A stretch of DNA of 64,000 bases from the human T2T-CHM13v2.0 reference genome, Homo sapiens, in NCBI RefSeq assembly GCF_009914755.1, contig NC_060941.1; one strand, written 5' to 3'. Position 1 is the stretch's first letter. Every line of letters starts with the position of its first letter. Of this stretch, positions 12,306 to 25,025 are shown in pieces. The notes under the pieces are model-generated. The model worked only from the letters and a program-made list of their open reading frames with translations, searched no databases and was not told the origin of the DNA. The translations under genes and the position numbers were made by a program.

Positions 12306-14266
12306 AACATACAATGGGTGCCAGGTGTCGTGTGGCCTCCTACTTCCCCTCCTCTCCCTGCCAGCCCCATGCAGTTCTTGGGAAGAAGACTAAAAAGCAA
12401 CTCCAGGTGCTGTGCTCCTTCCTGTGCTAATCCATCATCTGGCTCCTGCCTTCCTGCCTCCCGCCCTTGCCCTGCCTGTACTCAGGAGCTTCTCCCATGT
12501 GTGGGCTCAGGCGCTGGGTCTCCTCTGGGTTCTGGAGGGTGGGGATGCATTTCCAATCACTCTCAAGTTTGCAGGCCATTTGCAATGACAGAAGGCCTTG
12601 GTTTTGCTAGAGGATGGGAGTTGGGGGCGGGGGTGAGCCCCAACTCCACATTTACAGACTGCTCGAGACAGAGTCAACACCTGTTTTCTGAGCCACAGTC
12701 TCCTGGCGCGTACCAGGAAGTCCTGTGACACCTCCCTTGCTGGGTTTTGTTAGGATTCAATGCCATAGAACTGGAGAAAAACCCGGGGACACTTTGCCTG
12801 GCTGAGGGCTTGGCACACAGAGATCATAGGAACCAGGCAGGTGCCAGGCCTCGTGCTGGTGCGTCAAGTGTATTTTCTTATTTGCACCACACAGCAATGC
12901 TGTGGAGTCGGAACTATTCACGGCCTCACTTTACAGAGGAGGGCACTGAGGCTTGGAGAGTTGAGTGACTCCCAAGATTACATAATGGAAGTGGAATGGA
13001 AGGTGTTGCAGGTCCACATTAAAGGTTTGTTTTTTTGCTCCTTCCACAAGGCCGGTGTCATCAAAGACCAACCCAGAGTGTGCAACTCTGAGCGCCCCGG
13101 AGAGAGAAGGCAGGGCTTTGCTTTGGCGGAGCTCCAGGGTGGGCGGATGGGCTGCCCCAAAGGCAGGGAGGAGAGATGCTGTGCTGACCCCTGCCCCAGG
13201 CTGCAGCCACCTCTGCTGCCCACCTCATCCTGGCCTGGCTGCTCATGTGCCTGGTGGCAGGTGGCATTCCCAGACAACAGCCTGGCCCACCTGCTTGGGG
13301 AAGCAGAGGAGTCTGCTGAAGGGGGGCAGTTGGTGGTGGGGAGGGCCAGGCGGCAGGCCCCCACATTCCAGGGGACTGTATTCATTATCCTTGCCTGGGA
13401 ACCAGCTGGGGTTCTCTGCCGTCTCTGCTCTTCTGCTTTGAAAACACATAGCCCATCTGTGGTAGAGGAAAGGTGGCTGAACCAACATCTGCAGGAGAAG
13501 GTGATGGTATGTGGACTCTGCTACCGCCTCCTGATGGTTATCCATCCAGGGAGGTCAGCAGCTCCCCTTGCTTCTCTCGCTCAATGTCATGTCCTCAGAT
13601 TTAATCAGCACCACCCCACCCACCCCCGCTCCTCTCTGGAGGAACCTGGGGCCAGCAGCTGATACCAGGGAAGAGGAGAGAGACAGAAACACAAGGAAAT
13701 TCATACTAATGAGAGAGCAGACTGGGCTCACCCTGAGCATCTCCATGGTGCCAAGGTTCACATTCAAATGGAGTTTGTGTCTCTGTCTCTGGTCCCCAGC
13801 TCCTCTTGCGGGTGGGATGAGGCAGGAAGAGGCAGCTGAGGCTGGACATCAGGGAAAGCCCTGGGCTGGAGGCCAGGCCCTGTCCCGGCTGTGGCTGCCA
13901 CAGCTTCTTAGCTTCTCTAGTGGGAAGCATCTGTGGAACTCATCTAGCCCAACCTCTCTTGCTGGCAGATGGGAAAACCGACGCAGAAGAGACCAAGGGA
14001 GAATTGGAGCTAGATTTTGATACCAAGTCACTCTGTCTCACTTGATAGCTCTTAGCCTCATTTTTTCCACCTGTTAAAATGGGCATGAAGGTTTCACAGT
14101 CACCTGCTGTCCCCTTCCAAGTCTAGGCTCTGCAATTGGGCCTTTTTGAGGATGTCTGGTTATGCCAGGAGAGCCTCTCTTCCCCGAGAGAGACCAAGCT
14201 TCCCCTCTTGATGAGGGGAGGGCTGGTGCTGTGGAATGCTCTTCATGGACTTCTGCTATACCCCAT

Positions 14267-14668
14267 ATTAAGGGCTGAATTGCACTGAAGTCCTAACCCT
14301 GGATACCCGTGGTTGTGATCTTATTTATTATAGAAGTGGTCTTTGCAGATGTAATCAAGTTAAGATGAGGTCATGAGAGGGGACTCTAATCCCACATGAC
14401 TGATGAGAAACACGCAAGGAGAAGATGGCCACGTGAAGACAGGTGAAGATGGGAACAATGTAGCTGCCGGCATGGGAACGCCAGAATCGCTAGCAGCCCC
14501 AGAAACCAGAAGAGGCAAGGATGGGACTTCCCTTACAGACTGCAGAGGGAGCGTGGCCTTGCTGGGCACTTTGATTTCAGCCTACTGGCCTCCAGAACTG
14601 CGCGACAAGAAATTTCTGTTGTTTGCAGCCACCCAGTTGAGGTACTTTCTTATAGCAGCAAATGGAAC
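14267..14668 (+). mobile_element. MLT1 MaLR LTR
   Basis: CTTTGCAGATGTAATCAAGTTAAGATGAGGTCAT...CTGGCCTCCAGAACTG...TTATAGCAGC. Confidence 0.88.
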
Positions 14669-14829
14669 CACCCCCTCACCTGCACCCCCCAAATAACAGG
14701 CCAGCACTGCGCAGAGCCCCTTTCTCTATGCAGGTTTCCCAGATGCTGCCCCAGCAGAAGCGAGCCCCCTCTTGTATGCTCACATGTCCATCACGACAGC
14801 CCTAAACTTCTGAGAGCCTTACTGGACCT

Positions 14830-14925
14830 GGTACATCTTGGTCATTTCTGTACCTTCAGTCCTTAATCTGGTGTCTTCCACAGAATAGGACCTCAGTGGA
14901 CATTGAGCAAGGGAATGAATGAAAG
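14830..14925 (+). mobile_element. L2 3' end fragment
   Basis: CACAGAATAGGACCTCAG...GAATGAATGAA. Confidence 0.55.
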
Positions 14926-15569
14926 GGATTTTCTCATTTCCAGGCTCTGTGATCATCCCTTACCTGCCCCTGCATCCCTCTGACCTATCGCTTCTCATTC
15001 CTACTGGCTACTTCTCCATGCTTGGGCCTCCATTTGCCCTCCCTGGCCCCAGAATCATGTCATGACAGCTGCTCTGCAGTTGGGCCTGAGCTCAGCTAAT
15101 GGTGACTGACGACATTCTGTGTAGCAGGGACCCTCGGGCAGCAGGATTGGCATGTTGGCAGGAGGCACAGTGTGATTGATAGCCTACGTGTTGATAGGTC
15201 CTTTCCAACCCCTTCCCCAGAGGCTGGAGCTTTCTGGCAAGGAGACCAACATGGCCCCCGCCCGCCCCGGCCATTCACCCTTCTTTTTCTGTTGCCTCCC
15301 CTCTTTCCCAGAACTAAAATTCCTGCCCTTCCCCTGGTGGGCTGGGGATGAAGGTGGATGGGATGTTTAGTATTCTTGGGCTCAGGCAGAGAATGAGGGG
15401 CTCCTTGTATTCCCCTTTTTCCTGCCAGGACACCCACATCCAGACAGAGTGATGTGAGAGTCACACACCTACTGTGCCCTCTTCCCTCTAGCATGACTGG
15501 AGCAGGGGGCCTCCTTCCCAGGACCCCTGTCTGCAGTCATGAGGGCCAGGCACCTCTGTGCTCTCTGTG

Positions 15570-15735
15570 TGTGATCCCTGAGCCCAGGTAGCACGACTGT
15601 CCCATTGCATAGATGAGAACACTGATGCTCAAAGACATGAAGTGACTTCACCCAGGTTACACACATGGTCAGTGTAGACCCTGGGATTGGAATGCCAAGC
15701 TGTCTATCTCCAAAGCCCACGCTCCTTCCACTACA
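15570..15735 (-). mobile_element. MIR SINE
   Basis: CCCATTGCATAGATGAGAACACTGATGCTCAAAGACATGAAGTGACTTCACCCAGGTTACAC. Confidence 0.8.
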
Positions 15736-16759
15736 ATGCATGAAGCGGTTTGGAAAGGCAACAGAGCCATCGCTGGGTGCTTCCTCCTCAATCATGCAGA
15801 CGTTTCAGGCAGGAGCAAGGGTTCCATCTCGCCTCTGCGCACATCATTCCCATGGACTTGGGCTGCCTGGGAAAGGCCAAACCATCACATGCATCCCATG
15901 GGTGAGGCCGTGGATGGCTGTCCAAGACTCACCTTCCTAGGCCTGTGTGGCCCTGGGCAGCCAGGCTACTTCTTTGGGCCTCATTCCCTTTAGGGCATGA
16001 TGAGGCTCGTCTCTGCCCACCCCTCCCCAGGGCACCAAGGAGTAAGCGAGAGCTGGCCTTTGAGGCAAGAAGCCCGGAGAACCATGGGTCTTGTCCCCAG
16101 CTGTGTGAGATCCAAGACAGGCTCTCCATGGGGAACTGACACAGGGAGAGGGAGGGCCCCAGAAGCAGCCCTCGAGGGGGTGAACGCCAGGAGGGTCCTA
16201 GGAGATCTTTGCTCACTCTAGCCAGGCCAGGGGCACAGCAGGCAGGAGGGCAGGCCGGTAGCTAGGGTTTGGCAATGGACAAAGCCAGCAAGGGAAAGGG
16301 AGAGTTTACAGGAAGGCGACAAGTTACCGGAAAGGACAATAAATTAATATAATAGGGTGCTTGGCTGGTGACAGGGAATAAAACACGTGGTCCAAAAAAG
16401 CCCCATGTGAGATTGTCAATAGGATGAATGAGAAGGGAAGAGGGAAATGGGGGAAAGAATGGGAACCGGAGGCTCACTGAGCAGCCTGTGGGAGGCGGCG
16501 AGGTGGCTCTCCTCACTGCACCACCACCTCCTCTGCCTCTTCTCAGATCAATGCTGGCATCAGAACCTTCTCTCCAAACGGCCCCGCAGGATCCCATCCC
16601 TATCCTAGAAGTAATTCCCTCCCTTTTGCACTGGCTCCCCCATCCCTGCCTACCCAAGAAGGCTCCCCCCTACCTTGCCCCCTAGATTTCGGTGCCCTTG
16701 ACTCCCATCCCATGCAAATGCCCTCAGCTCTTAGCCATAATGCAGAATATGCATTTCAA

Positions 16760-16900
16760 CCATTCATTCTTTCACTCAAAGGTCAATTCATTCATTCAGC
16801 AAATGCTTTTTGAGCACGTACTACGTGCCACAAAATGTCAGAGTGAGCAAGAAGGAAATCTCTGCCTTAAGGAGCTCCCAGGCTCACAGGGGAGATGGAT
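16760..16900 (-). mobile_element. L2 3' end fragment
   Basis: ATTCATTCATTCAGCAAATGCTTTTTGAGCACGTACTACGTGCCA. Confidence 0.8.
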
Positions 16901-17522
16901 GAGCCACTTGGCAGTGGGACAAGTGCGCGACAGAGTGAAGCCCTTGATACATCTGGCTGCTGCGGAGGCACAGCTTACAGGACCGTAATGGCCCTGGGGA
17001 AGGTGTCTCCAATGAGCATCCTAAATGGCACAAGCCAGGTGGGGCAGTCGGGAACACTCACAGGCAGACGGTGTCATTTGTGAAAAGCCAGGATGCGTGC
17101 AAGGAACGGTGGCTTCTGGGAACTTTAGCTATTTCAGCATGATGGGGCTGGAGGGTGCAGGGTTGGGGGCTGCAAGGTTGGGGGAGATGTGGCCGGCCAG
17201 CACAGGGGCCGCAAGAGCAGGCCTGGGTGAGATGAACTCTGATTCAAGCCCTGGCTTTGCCAATTAGGACCTGCATGACCTTGGGCCAGTCAGGTAACTT
17301 CTTTGATCTGGTTCCTCTTTGAGGAGAAAGAAGGGGGTGGGAATAATGTATTAATATCTGCTTTGGAGGAGAAAATGCAGACGTATCTCTCAGCTTGGCT
17401 TCTGGGCTTTCAATGAATCAATGAATGAATGAATGGTGACGATCAGAGTCCTAGGCTTATAAATTATGCCTAGGTGCTTGGATGTCATCTGTGGGTGGTG
17501 GCGAGGCACTGGAGATTTTGAG

Positions 17523-17620
17523 CGTGTGTGTGTGTACATAGGTGTGTGTGTGCATGTGTATGTGTGCATATGTGTGTGTTTGCATATGTGTGTGTTTGTG
17601 TGCATATGTGTGTATTTGTG
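17523..17620. repeat. degenerate (TG)n microsatellite
   Basis: Seen directly. Confidence 0.9.
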
Positions 17621-18149
17621 TCCTGAGGGCTTGTTTGGGTGGCAGGATCAGCCCAAGGCCCCACAAACCCACTTATGTCTCCATCTCCAGCCTTTCTTAG
17701 AGGACAGTTACGTGCAGTGTGAGGAAAGATGAAGCTGAGGATGGTCCTGAATAATCTTTGATGAGCATGCAATAAAGGACCCTCAATTCCTCAACACAGA
17801 GGATCTCAAAGTCATGACTTGTCTTGTTGACCTTTCCTGATCAGTGAACACCAGTTATAGGCCCTGGCAACACAAAGAGGTGTAGACATGGCCCTGCCTG
17901 GAGGCCTTCACAAGCTGGCCTGAGAGATAGGATTCACACTGTGAGGGATGACTAACGGTGTGAGGCATCACCGGGCATGGGCTCACTGCGGATACAGGAG
18001 CTAGGCGGATGGGCACTTGGGGAAGAGTGGGGCCACTGAGGATTGGCGGGGCAGTCAGGGGAGCTCCAGGGAGGAAGGGGACCCTGTGAGTCATTTGTTC
18101 ACGGATCAATCCAATGGCATTGGACTGTCACTCTGCACAGGGGGAGGGG

Positions 18150-19100
18150 AGCAGGATGATGCAGTCTTGGAGCTCATGGAGCTTAGCATCTACCAAGAAA
18201 TGCAACGTGAAGCAGGGACTGCAAGAGTGGGGGAAGGGGTGTGGATGGTGTGCAGATGACAGTGGGAATGCATAATGCAAAGGAGAAACCTCTCAAAAAG
18301 GTCACCCTTATGGCAGACAGAAGCCAGGCAGAGGGAACAGCAGGGTAGGGAGTTTGGAGGGAAAGACAGCCTGGCCCATTCACATCTGGCTCAGAACTGG
18401 AGGGGGACTCCTATGGTTGGAGTCCTAATGGCAAGAAGAGGAAAGGAAGAGGGAACAGGAGAAGAATGCACAGGGCCTGCACTGGCCTCATTAGTGAGCC
18501 ACATCCAGGCTCCAGGGCTCTATCCTAATGCCGATAAGAAGGCCCTGAAGTGACATTGCCAGCCTGGCAGTTTTCTGCACCCCTCCTGGCAGTGCAGAGG
18601 AGCGTGGATGGAAGGAGGTAGGTGTGCCGGCTGAGAGTCTAGTTTGGAGGCTGCTGCTGTAAGACTCCAGGGCAGAGACGATCTCCCAGGGAGAAATACC
18701 TCCTTTGGTGGACTTCGTTTTCTTTTCCATCCTATGTGGAAACTGTTCCCTGTCCAGAAGAAAAATGATGCTGAGGGGAGAGGAGGTGGCTTTTTCGCTA
18801 GGATTCTGGTGCTGACGATGGGGGTGGTGAGAAGAATGGGGATTGTGGAGCTGTTTTGGAGGTGGAACCAAGAAGACCTGTGTTAGATTGGAGGGCGGGG
18901 GTTGTCTGAGGGAGAGGGAAGCGTCAGCAGTGAGGGCGAGGTGACCGAGATGGAAACACCGCAGCTGGTTTGGAGAGAAGATGCCAGGTCCAGTTTTGGG
19001 CATGTTGTGGCCAGCTGGTTATCCAGGTGGAACGTTCAGGTGCTAGCCAGTCCTGGACCCCAGAGGAGGGGTGTGGAGCCATCAGTTAGCAAATATAGGG
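18150..19100 (-). mobile_element. L2 LINE relic (fragmented)
   Basis: CTTGGAGCTCATGGAGCTTAGCATCTA; CTCTATCCTAATGCCGATAAGAAGGCC; GGAGGCTGCTGCTGTAAGACTCCAGG; CAGTTTTGGGCATGTTG. Confidence 0.7.
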
Positions 19101-19279
19101 GAACTGGAGCTGCACACCTTTCAAAATTCCCAGAGAGACAGGGGAGAGTGAAGAGGTAGGGAGCCCGGCAGTCTTTGCTGAGTACATCTCCAAAGTCTCC
19201 CCGGCTTCTTTTCCCATCCTGGGTTCCTCAGCCCCATTCCTAGTCTGTGCAGGTGCAGTGAAAGAAGTAACACGTATGA

Positions 19280-19470
19280 AGAGCTTGCAATGTGCCAGGT
19301 TGTCCCAGGCGATGCACCAAGTCCACATGACAATCCTCCAAGGTCACTACCACTTCTCTAATAGATGGGGAAGCAGCGATGCAGTGAGGCTGAGGATCTG
19401 CCCAAGGTCACTTGGGAGCGAGCAGTGGAGGGATTCACACTTGGGGCCGGTCAAGTCCTTGGCTCCTGCT
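19280..19470 (-). mobile_element. MIR SINE
   Basis: TGTGCCAGG...ATAGATGGGGAAGCAG...CTGCCCAAGGTCAC. Confidence 0.7.
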
Positions 19471-20384
19471 CTCATCCCAAGGCGACCTACTGCCTCACTA
19501 AGCCCCAGGTGAACAGCGAGGGCTGCTTGCTCTCTGTTCTCCACTGTGATCCCCTAAGCCAGGGGCTGAGGCCTTCCACTCCTCCATCTCTCTCCTGCTC
19601 TCTGTTGACTCTTTGACACTGCAGGGTCACCATCCAGTACAGCAGATCAATCTCTCTACGGCTCATCTGCTCCCACTGCATTTATCCCCTGATGGTCGAA
19701 GCTTTTATTTCCCGGTGAGAGGAGCGTCCCCTGGCCATCCCCAGGCACAGATAACTTACGGACCAATCAATACAGCCATTACCCTTTGGACCATGGCACC
19801 GACACAGGTGCAAGGAGCCAGGGGAGCAGGCCTCGCCCCTGCACCTCTGCCATCCTTGAGGTCCCTGAGCTCTGCCCAGCTTCTGCAGCTCCTTCTGGTG
19901 GCTCTCACAAGGTCTTCTCATTGTTGCCCCCTCTTCTGTCTTTCTTGAGTCCTCTTACACCATTTTGTCTACCTGAGCCTTCTGTAAATACCTCCTTTAG
20001 GGGCTTAGCTTTCTTTTCTGTCATATGGGGAAACTATTTCCTTGTCCAGAAGAAAGATGATTCTGGGAAGAGAGGAGGTGGTTTCGTCTGTAATGAGCGA
20101 AAAGCATGCATGAGTGGGAACCGGGGAGTCCTACAGTCAGTACCGAGGTTGGGGACAGCTGAGGGAGGACCAGGCTGGAAAACAGAGATTTCACTCGGGT
20201 CTGCCTCCACCACTGGAGGCTGGGAGACTTTGGAAAGGCCACCTTAGCCCTCTGTGCCTCAATTTTCTCATCTGAAATGGAGCTAGCACCGTCAATATGA
20301 AGAGTGGAATGATTATTAAACAAGGCAGGCTAGGATTATTAACAAGGCTGCCTTGTTAATAAACCATAGGCAAATTAGGTCAGG

Positions 20385-20835
20385 GCACTGGGTGGAGTAG
20401 CGTTCCCCAAAATTCATTTCCACTTGGAACCTCAGAATGGGACCTTAATTTGGAAATAGAGACCTTGCAGGTGTAATTCTTCCTGTTAAGATGAGGCCAT
20501 ACTGGATCAGAATGAGCCTTGAATCCAATGACTAGTGCCCTTACAAGAAGACCAGGTGAAGCCACAGAGACACACGGGGAAGATGACCATGGGAAGACAA
20601 AGGCAGAGATTGCAGCAATATATCCACAAGTCAAAGAGCACCAAGGGTTGCCGGCAAACACCAAAAGCTAGAGACAGGCATGGAACAGGTCCTCCCTCAG
20701 CACCTCCAGAAGGAACCCGCTGGGCTGACACCTTTACTTTGGATTTCTGTGCCCCAAAACTCTGAGATGATATATTTTTGTTACTTGAGCCACCCAGTTT
20801 GTGGTATTTGTTATGGCAGCCACAGGAAACACATA
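20385..20835 (+). mobile_element. MLT1 (B/C-like) MaLR LTR
   Basis: CCCCAAAATTCAT...GAACCTCAGAATG...TTTGGAAATAG...AGCCACCCAGTTTGTGGTATTTGTTATGGCAGC. Confidence 0.9.
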
Positions 20836-21074
20836 GAGTTGTTAACACGGTAGTGGGAGAGATGTCCTTAATGCAGGACCCATTCCTGCTGCCCAGTGGG
20901 GTTAAGTGAAATTCTCTATGGACATGGGCAAGGTGGAAGGAAGGGGGCAAAACTACCCTTCCACATCTTGCATTCCAGTCGAACCCATACCTGAAGAATG
21001 GGACAGCTAGCTTCTTTATGCTTTGCTCTAGCTTCTTGTCTCCTCTCTGGCAACTGTTTATGACAGTCCCCTCC

Positions 21075-21448
21075 TGCATTAGTCCATTTTCACACTGCTA
21101 TAAAGATACTGCCTGAGACTGGGTAATTTATAAAGTGAAGAGGTTTAATTGACTCACAGTTCTGCATGGCTGGGGAGGCCGAGGGAAACTTACAATCATG
21201 GCAGAAGGCGAAGGGGAAGCAAGGCACGTCTTACATGGTAGCAGGAGAGAGAGAGAGTGCAGGGGAAACTACCAAACACTTATAAAATCATCCATCAGCT
21301 CTCATGAGAACTCCCTCACTATCATGAGAACAGCATGGGGGAAACCGTCCCCATGATCCAATCACCTCCCACAAAGTCCCTCCCTCGACACCTGGGGATT
21401 ACAATTTGAGATGAGATTTCAGTGGAGACACAGAGCCAAACCATATCA
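21075..21448 (-). mobile_element. MSTA/THE1D-like MaLR solo LTR
   Basis: TGCATTAGTCCATTTTCACACTGCTATAAAG...CAGAGCCAAACCATATCA. TSD CCTCC at 21070-21074 and 21449-21453. Confidence 0.93.
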
Positions 21449-21969
21449 CCTCCCTAGGATCCACAGAACACCCTATATACAAGGACCCTATATACAATGG
21501 TAGGGGCTGTAAGCCCCTCGCAGGGGTGTAGCTTGTACTGCTGGTTGGGTGGGAGCAATGATGTCCAAATGGCACTACCACATGCATCCCTTTCACCTGG
21601 TCTTACAGTCTCAATTACCCCTGGCATTCTCCAACCTTCTCCCCATGATGGCCTTAACAAATGTCACGGCACCATGTTAATTTTCAGAAGGGAATCATTT
21701 TGAGCATCTATTAGTGAGAACAACCATGCCCCTTGTGGCCCCAGTAGAGCATCTAGCTACAAACCCATAGGAAAAGGGGACCCCGTCTGTGTTCTCTGAC
21801 AAGGGGCATAAGACTCTCCCTAATCACCAGCCCTAGGGAGGCTTGAGGGATCTCTCTGGGGTGTCTGAATATGCCAGTCACTCACTTCCTGACTCTGTAA
21901 CCCTGGTTTCCACCACCTTCTCCTAGTCCTCCTCCTTTTCCCGCCTTTCCTTCCCTGCCTTCCTCCTGT

Positions 21970-22940
21970 GGTTCTGAAATGTTGATGTTTCCAGCTTTCT
22001 GCTCCGATCTTCCTTGTTCCCACCCTCATCCCTTGGAAAGTACAGCTGCTTTTCTTTTCTGCTTTTAGCTATGGCCTGGATGTGAATGCCTCCCAGATCT
22101 TTAACCCTGATTTCTTGCCTGAATAAGTCAACTGTATTTTGATGACCTCCAACATGCTCAAAAGTTTAAAATATCCACAGCTGAGCTCTGGTCTCTGCAA
22201 GCTTGTAGAGGTACCGTAATTTTCTAATATACTTAGCGGTCTTGTTTGTACAGTCATCCAATCCAGAAATAACAGTGCCATCCTTGGATTCTTCTCTGCC
22301 CTTCCCCCACCTCTGACCACCCACTCACCCCCAGGCCCTGTGAGCCCAGCTGCCTGTTCCAGCTCTGGTGCATAACACGGCGTCTGGTCCACCGTTGGCA
22401 TTCAATAAATATTTTCTGAACTAACAAATTAGTCCTGCTGGGTTCACCTGCTAAGTATTCCTTAAACTGGCAAGCCACCCCTGCCCCATCTCTGATCTAG
22501 ATTCCATCTGCCAGGCCCTTATCGCCTCCCAGCCGCCAGTCATTAGCCCAATCTACTTAATTAAAGGTATTTCTAACCATGTGCTTCCTGTTCAAATTCC
22601 TTCAATGGCACTCCATTGCATACAGGATAAAATACTCCTCAATGGGGAACACATAGCTCTTTTTGTCACTGAACCAGAGACATGGTGGAAATTCTGGAAA
22701 TACTGACTCCATGGAAGGGCTTAACAACTTGTGGTTTCCTCACAAACCACACACCCTTTCCCCCAGGCCTTCACTCCTGTCAATCCACTGCCTGATGCCT
22801 GCGGCCTGTGCCCACCCACCAGCTTCTCCTGGACACTGCCAGTCTAGCCCTAGAGTGGCTGAGGTGCCTGTACCTATCGGCGCCTTCTAATCTCCATCGT
22901 GGTGCATTACAATGATCTCTATGCATTCGTCTCTCTCTAG
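21970..22940 (+). mobile_element. L2 LINE fragments
   Basis: TGCCTCCCAGATCTTTAACCCTGA...CATCCTTGGATTCTTCTCT; TTCAATAAATATTTTCTGAA; CCTTCAATGGCACTCCATTGCATACAGGATAAA. Confidence 0.65.
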
Positions 22941-22944
22941 AGAC

Positions 22945-23180
22945 CAGATGTTCTCAAGGGGGGGTCATTCTGTACTCCTGCCCCCAGCTCCCGGGGGACC
23001 CCTGGCGATGTCCGGAGATGTTTTTGGTCGTCACAACTGGAGGGAGGGGGATGTTATTAGTGTCTAGTGGGTAGAGGCCAGGCTAAATGTCCTACAATGG
23101 ACAGGACAGCCCCCCCACCCACCCCCAACCAAGAACGATCCAGCACGGAATGTCAACTGTGCTGAGGCTGAGAAACTCTG
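22945..23180 (+). mobile_element. MER20 (hAT-Charlie MITE)
   Basis: CAG..TTCTCAA and TGAGAAACTCTG termini; TTTTTGGTCGTCACAACTGG; TCTAGTGGGTAGAGGCCAGG. Confidence 0.88.
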
Positions 23181-24954
23181 GGCTAGACAGGAGCAAGTTC
23201 CCTGTCTGTCCATTCCCACCTCCAGGGCCTTGCCTTGACCCTGCCACGCAGTAGGCCCGCATCGTGTGTCTGCTGAGTGAACATCCCCACACTCCACCCC
23301 AGGCCTAGAGTGAAATTGGATCACTTCTTCTGCAAACAGGAGGCCTGGGCTGCGAAGAAAAGGTGCCAGCTGCCTCCCAGGCCCCAGAGTCAGGTGGCAG
23401 GGGAGGAGGCTAAGGAGAGTACTGTCCTTCAGAGAGAGCCACTTCCTCCAGGAGCCAGGGCGGATGCAACCAATTTAGCTAACAAGTTGTCAGGGCTGTG
23501 ATGACGTTGCCAGACAATGAAATCGCCCTTCTTATCAACATGGACTGCCAGACTGATGAGACAAACAAGCCTGTTAATTAGGCCTGTAATGGCAGCTGCA
23601 AAGGGTACAACATTTCCAAGGAAACGGGGGGGCTGGAGGCTCTCTCTTGTCCCACCAGAGGTGGGGCATGCAGCGGGGCTTAGTTGCATCCCAGACAGGA
23701 AGGAAGGCTCATCTCACCGTGGCCATGGCCCCACGAGGCCTGGGCCTGAAAGGGTGGTTAGTGTGTCTGTCTTCAGTCACAGGCTTCCCAGGGGCAGGGC
23801 ACAGCGCAGTTAACTCTATTGTGGCCCTCGGCACAGCGGTTTACCCAGACAGGCACTTAATAAAGGCATTTAATAAAGATGAGTATAAACATCAAAGGGC
23901 CCCTCTCCCCTTTCAGGATCCATCTTTCTCTCTCTTCCTCTCCAGCCGTTCCTTGGATGCCCATCTTGCTCCTGCCTTTCTCAGAGTCTCTCTGTCCAGC
24001 CCTCTGTGTAACCCTCATGCCCCTACGGGACGCAGGCAGTGCAGCGCTCCATCAAGCAAGGCCCAGAGAGGTCCCCTCATCGGTATCCCCTTCGGCTGGT
24101 ATGTGTTGGCGGGATGTGCCAGTCACTGCCTCCTGACCCCATTCCTCAGCATCCCTGGTCCCGCAGCCAAGGACACAGGTGGGCGTGCAGCCAGGCCACA
24201 CTCTGGGGCCCCGGGGCCGACTGGCACGGTGGCTTGGCCTGGATTCAGAGGCAGGCTGCCGAGCCTGGAGGAATGACATCCTCAGAGCTGGCGGGCACAT
24301 CCCCTGGCAGTCTGTCTGGTCATTGGGCAGTGGCCAGCCACACAGGTTTGTGTCCCAGCAAGAGTGCAAACAGTCTGGGACACCCCACGTCCCTGGACAC
24401 AGGCCCTGAGGCCCTCTAGGGGAAACGCCTAGCTCCAGATCATCACTACTGCCCACCATCACTTCCCTGGCACAGGGAGGTCCTCTCCACCTCCAAGACT
24501 CAGGTTCCAAAACGCTCTGTGCTGCCACTTGGACCACACTCAGCTACAGATGGGCCAGCAAGGCTCCCAGAAAGGGCCCTCCCCCAGCCCCCCACCCCCC
24601 CACCCCCCCAGACAAATTGGGGAACCCACTTGGGCATCACCAGCACCTTTCTTGCAGCTCTCTCTGTCTTCGCCAGGTTCCCTGTCACCAGCAGGCCCCT
24701 TCAGCCTGCCCTCCAGCTCCTTCAAGGAAGTGTCTCTTTGAGACTCTGCCCCCAAAGAAGGGTCATTATTGCTAATGCCTTTTCTCCCCCATCTGTTGTG
24801 ATTGTTTACACTCCACTTGCTAATTAGAGACTAATTAGCTGGTGCTGAAATTCATCACTTTCCAAACACAATGCGGCAGCAGGAAAAGCACAGTGATGCG
24901 GCAACATCTGCACCTCCGCTTGCAGCCAAGACGCCATTCTGCTCCGCCTGCTCC

Positions 24955-25025
24955 CTGCTCCTCCTCCTCCTCCTCCTTCCCCGCCTCCTCCCCTCCTCTT
25001 CCTCCTCCTCCTTCCCACTCTCCTT
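24955..25025. repeat. (CCT)n polypyrimidine tract
   Basis: Seen directly. Confidence 0.85.

Noticed and set aside
12841-13662. Longest ORF (273 aa)
   Set aside because: No recognisable domain, non-ATG start, overlaps a MIR-like fragment, and has the composition of a chance ORF in GC-rich DNA.
23647-24276. 209-aa ORF
   Set aside because: TTG start and no recognised homology; the segment looks regulatory.
24582-24609. C-run cluster (G-quadruplex potential on the minus strand)
   Set aside because: Such motifs are common at this GC content and nothing singles this one out.
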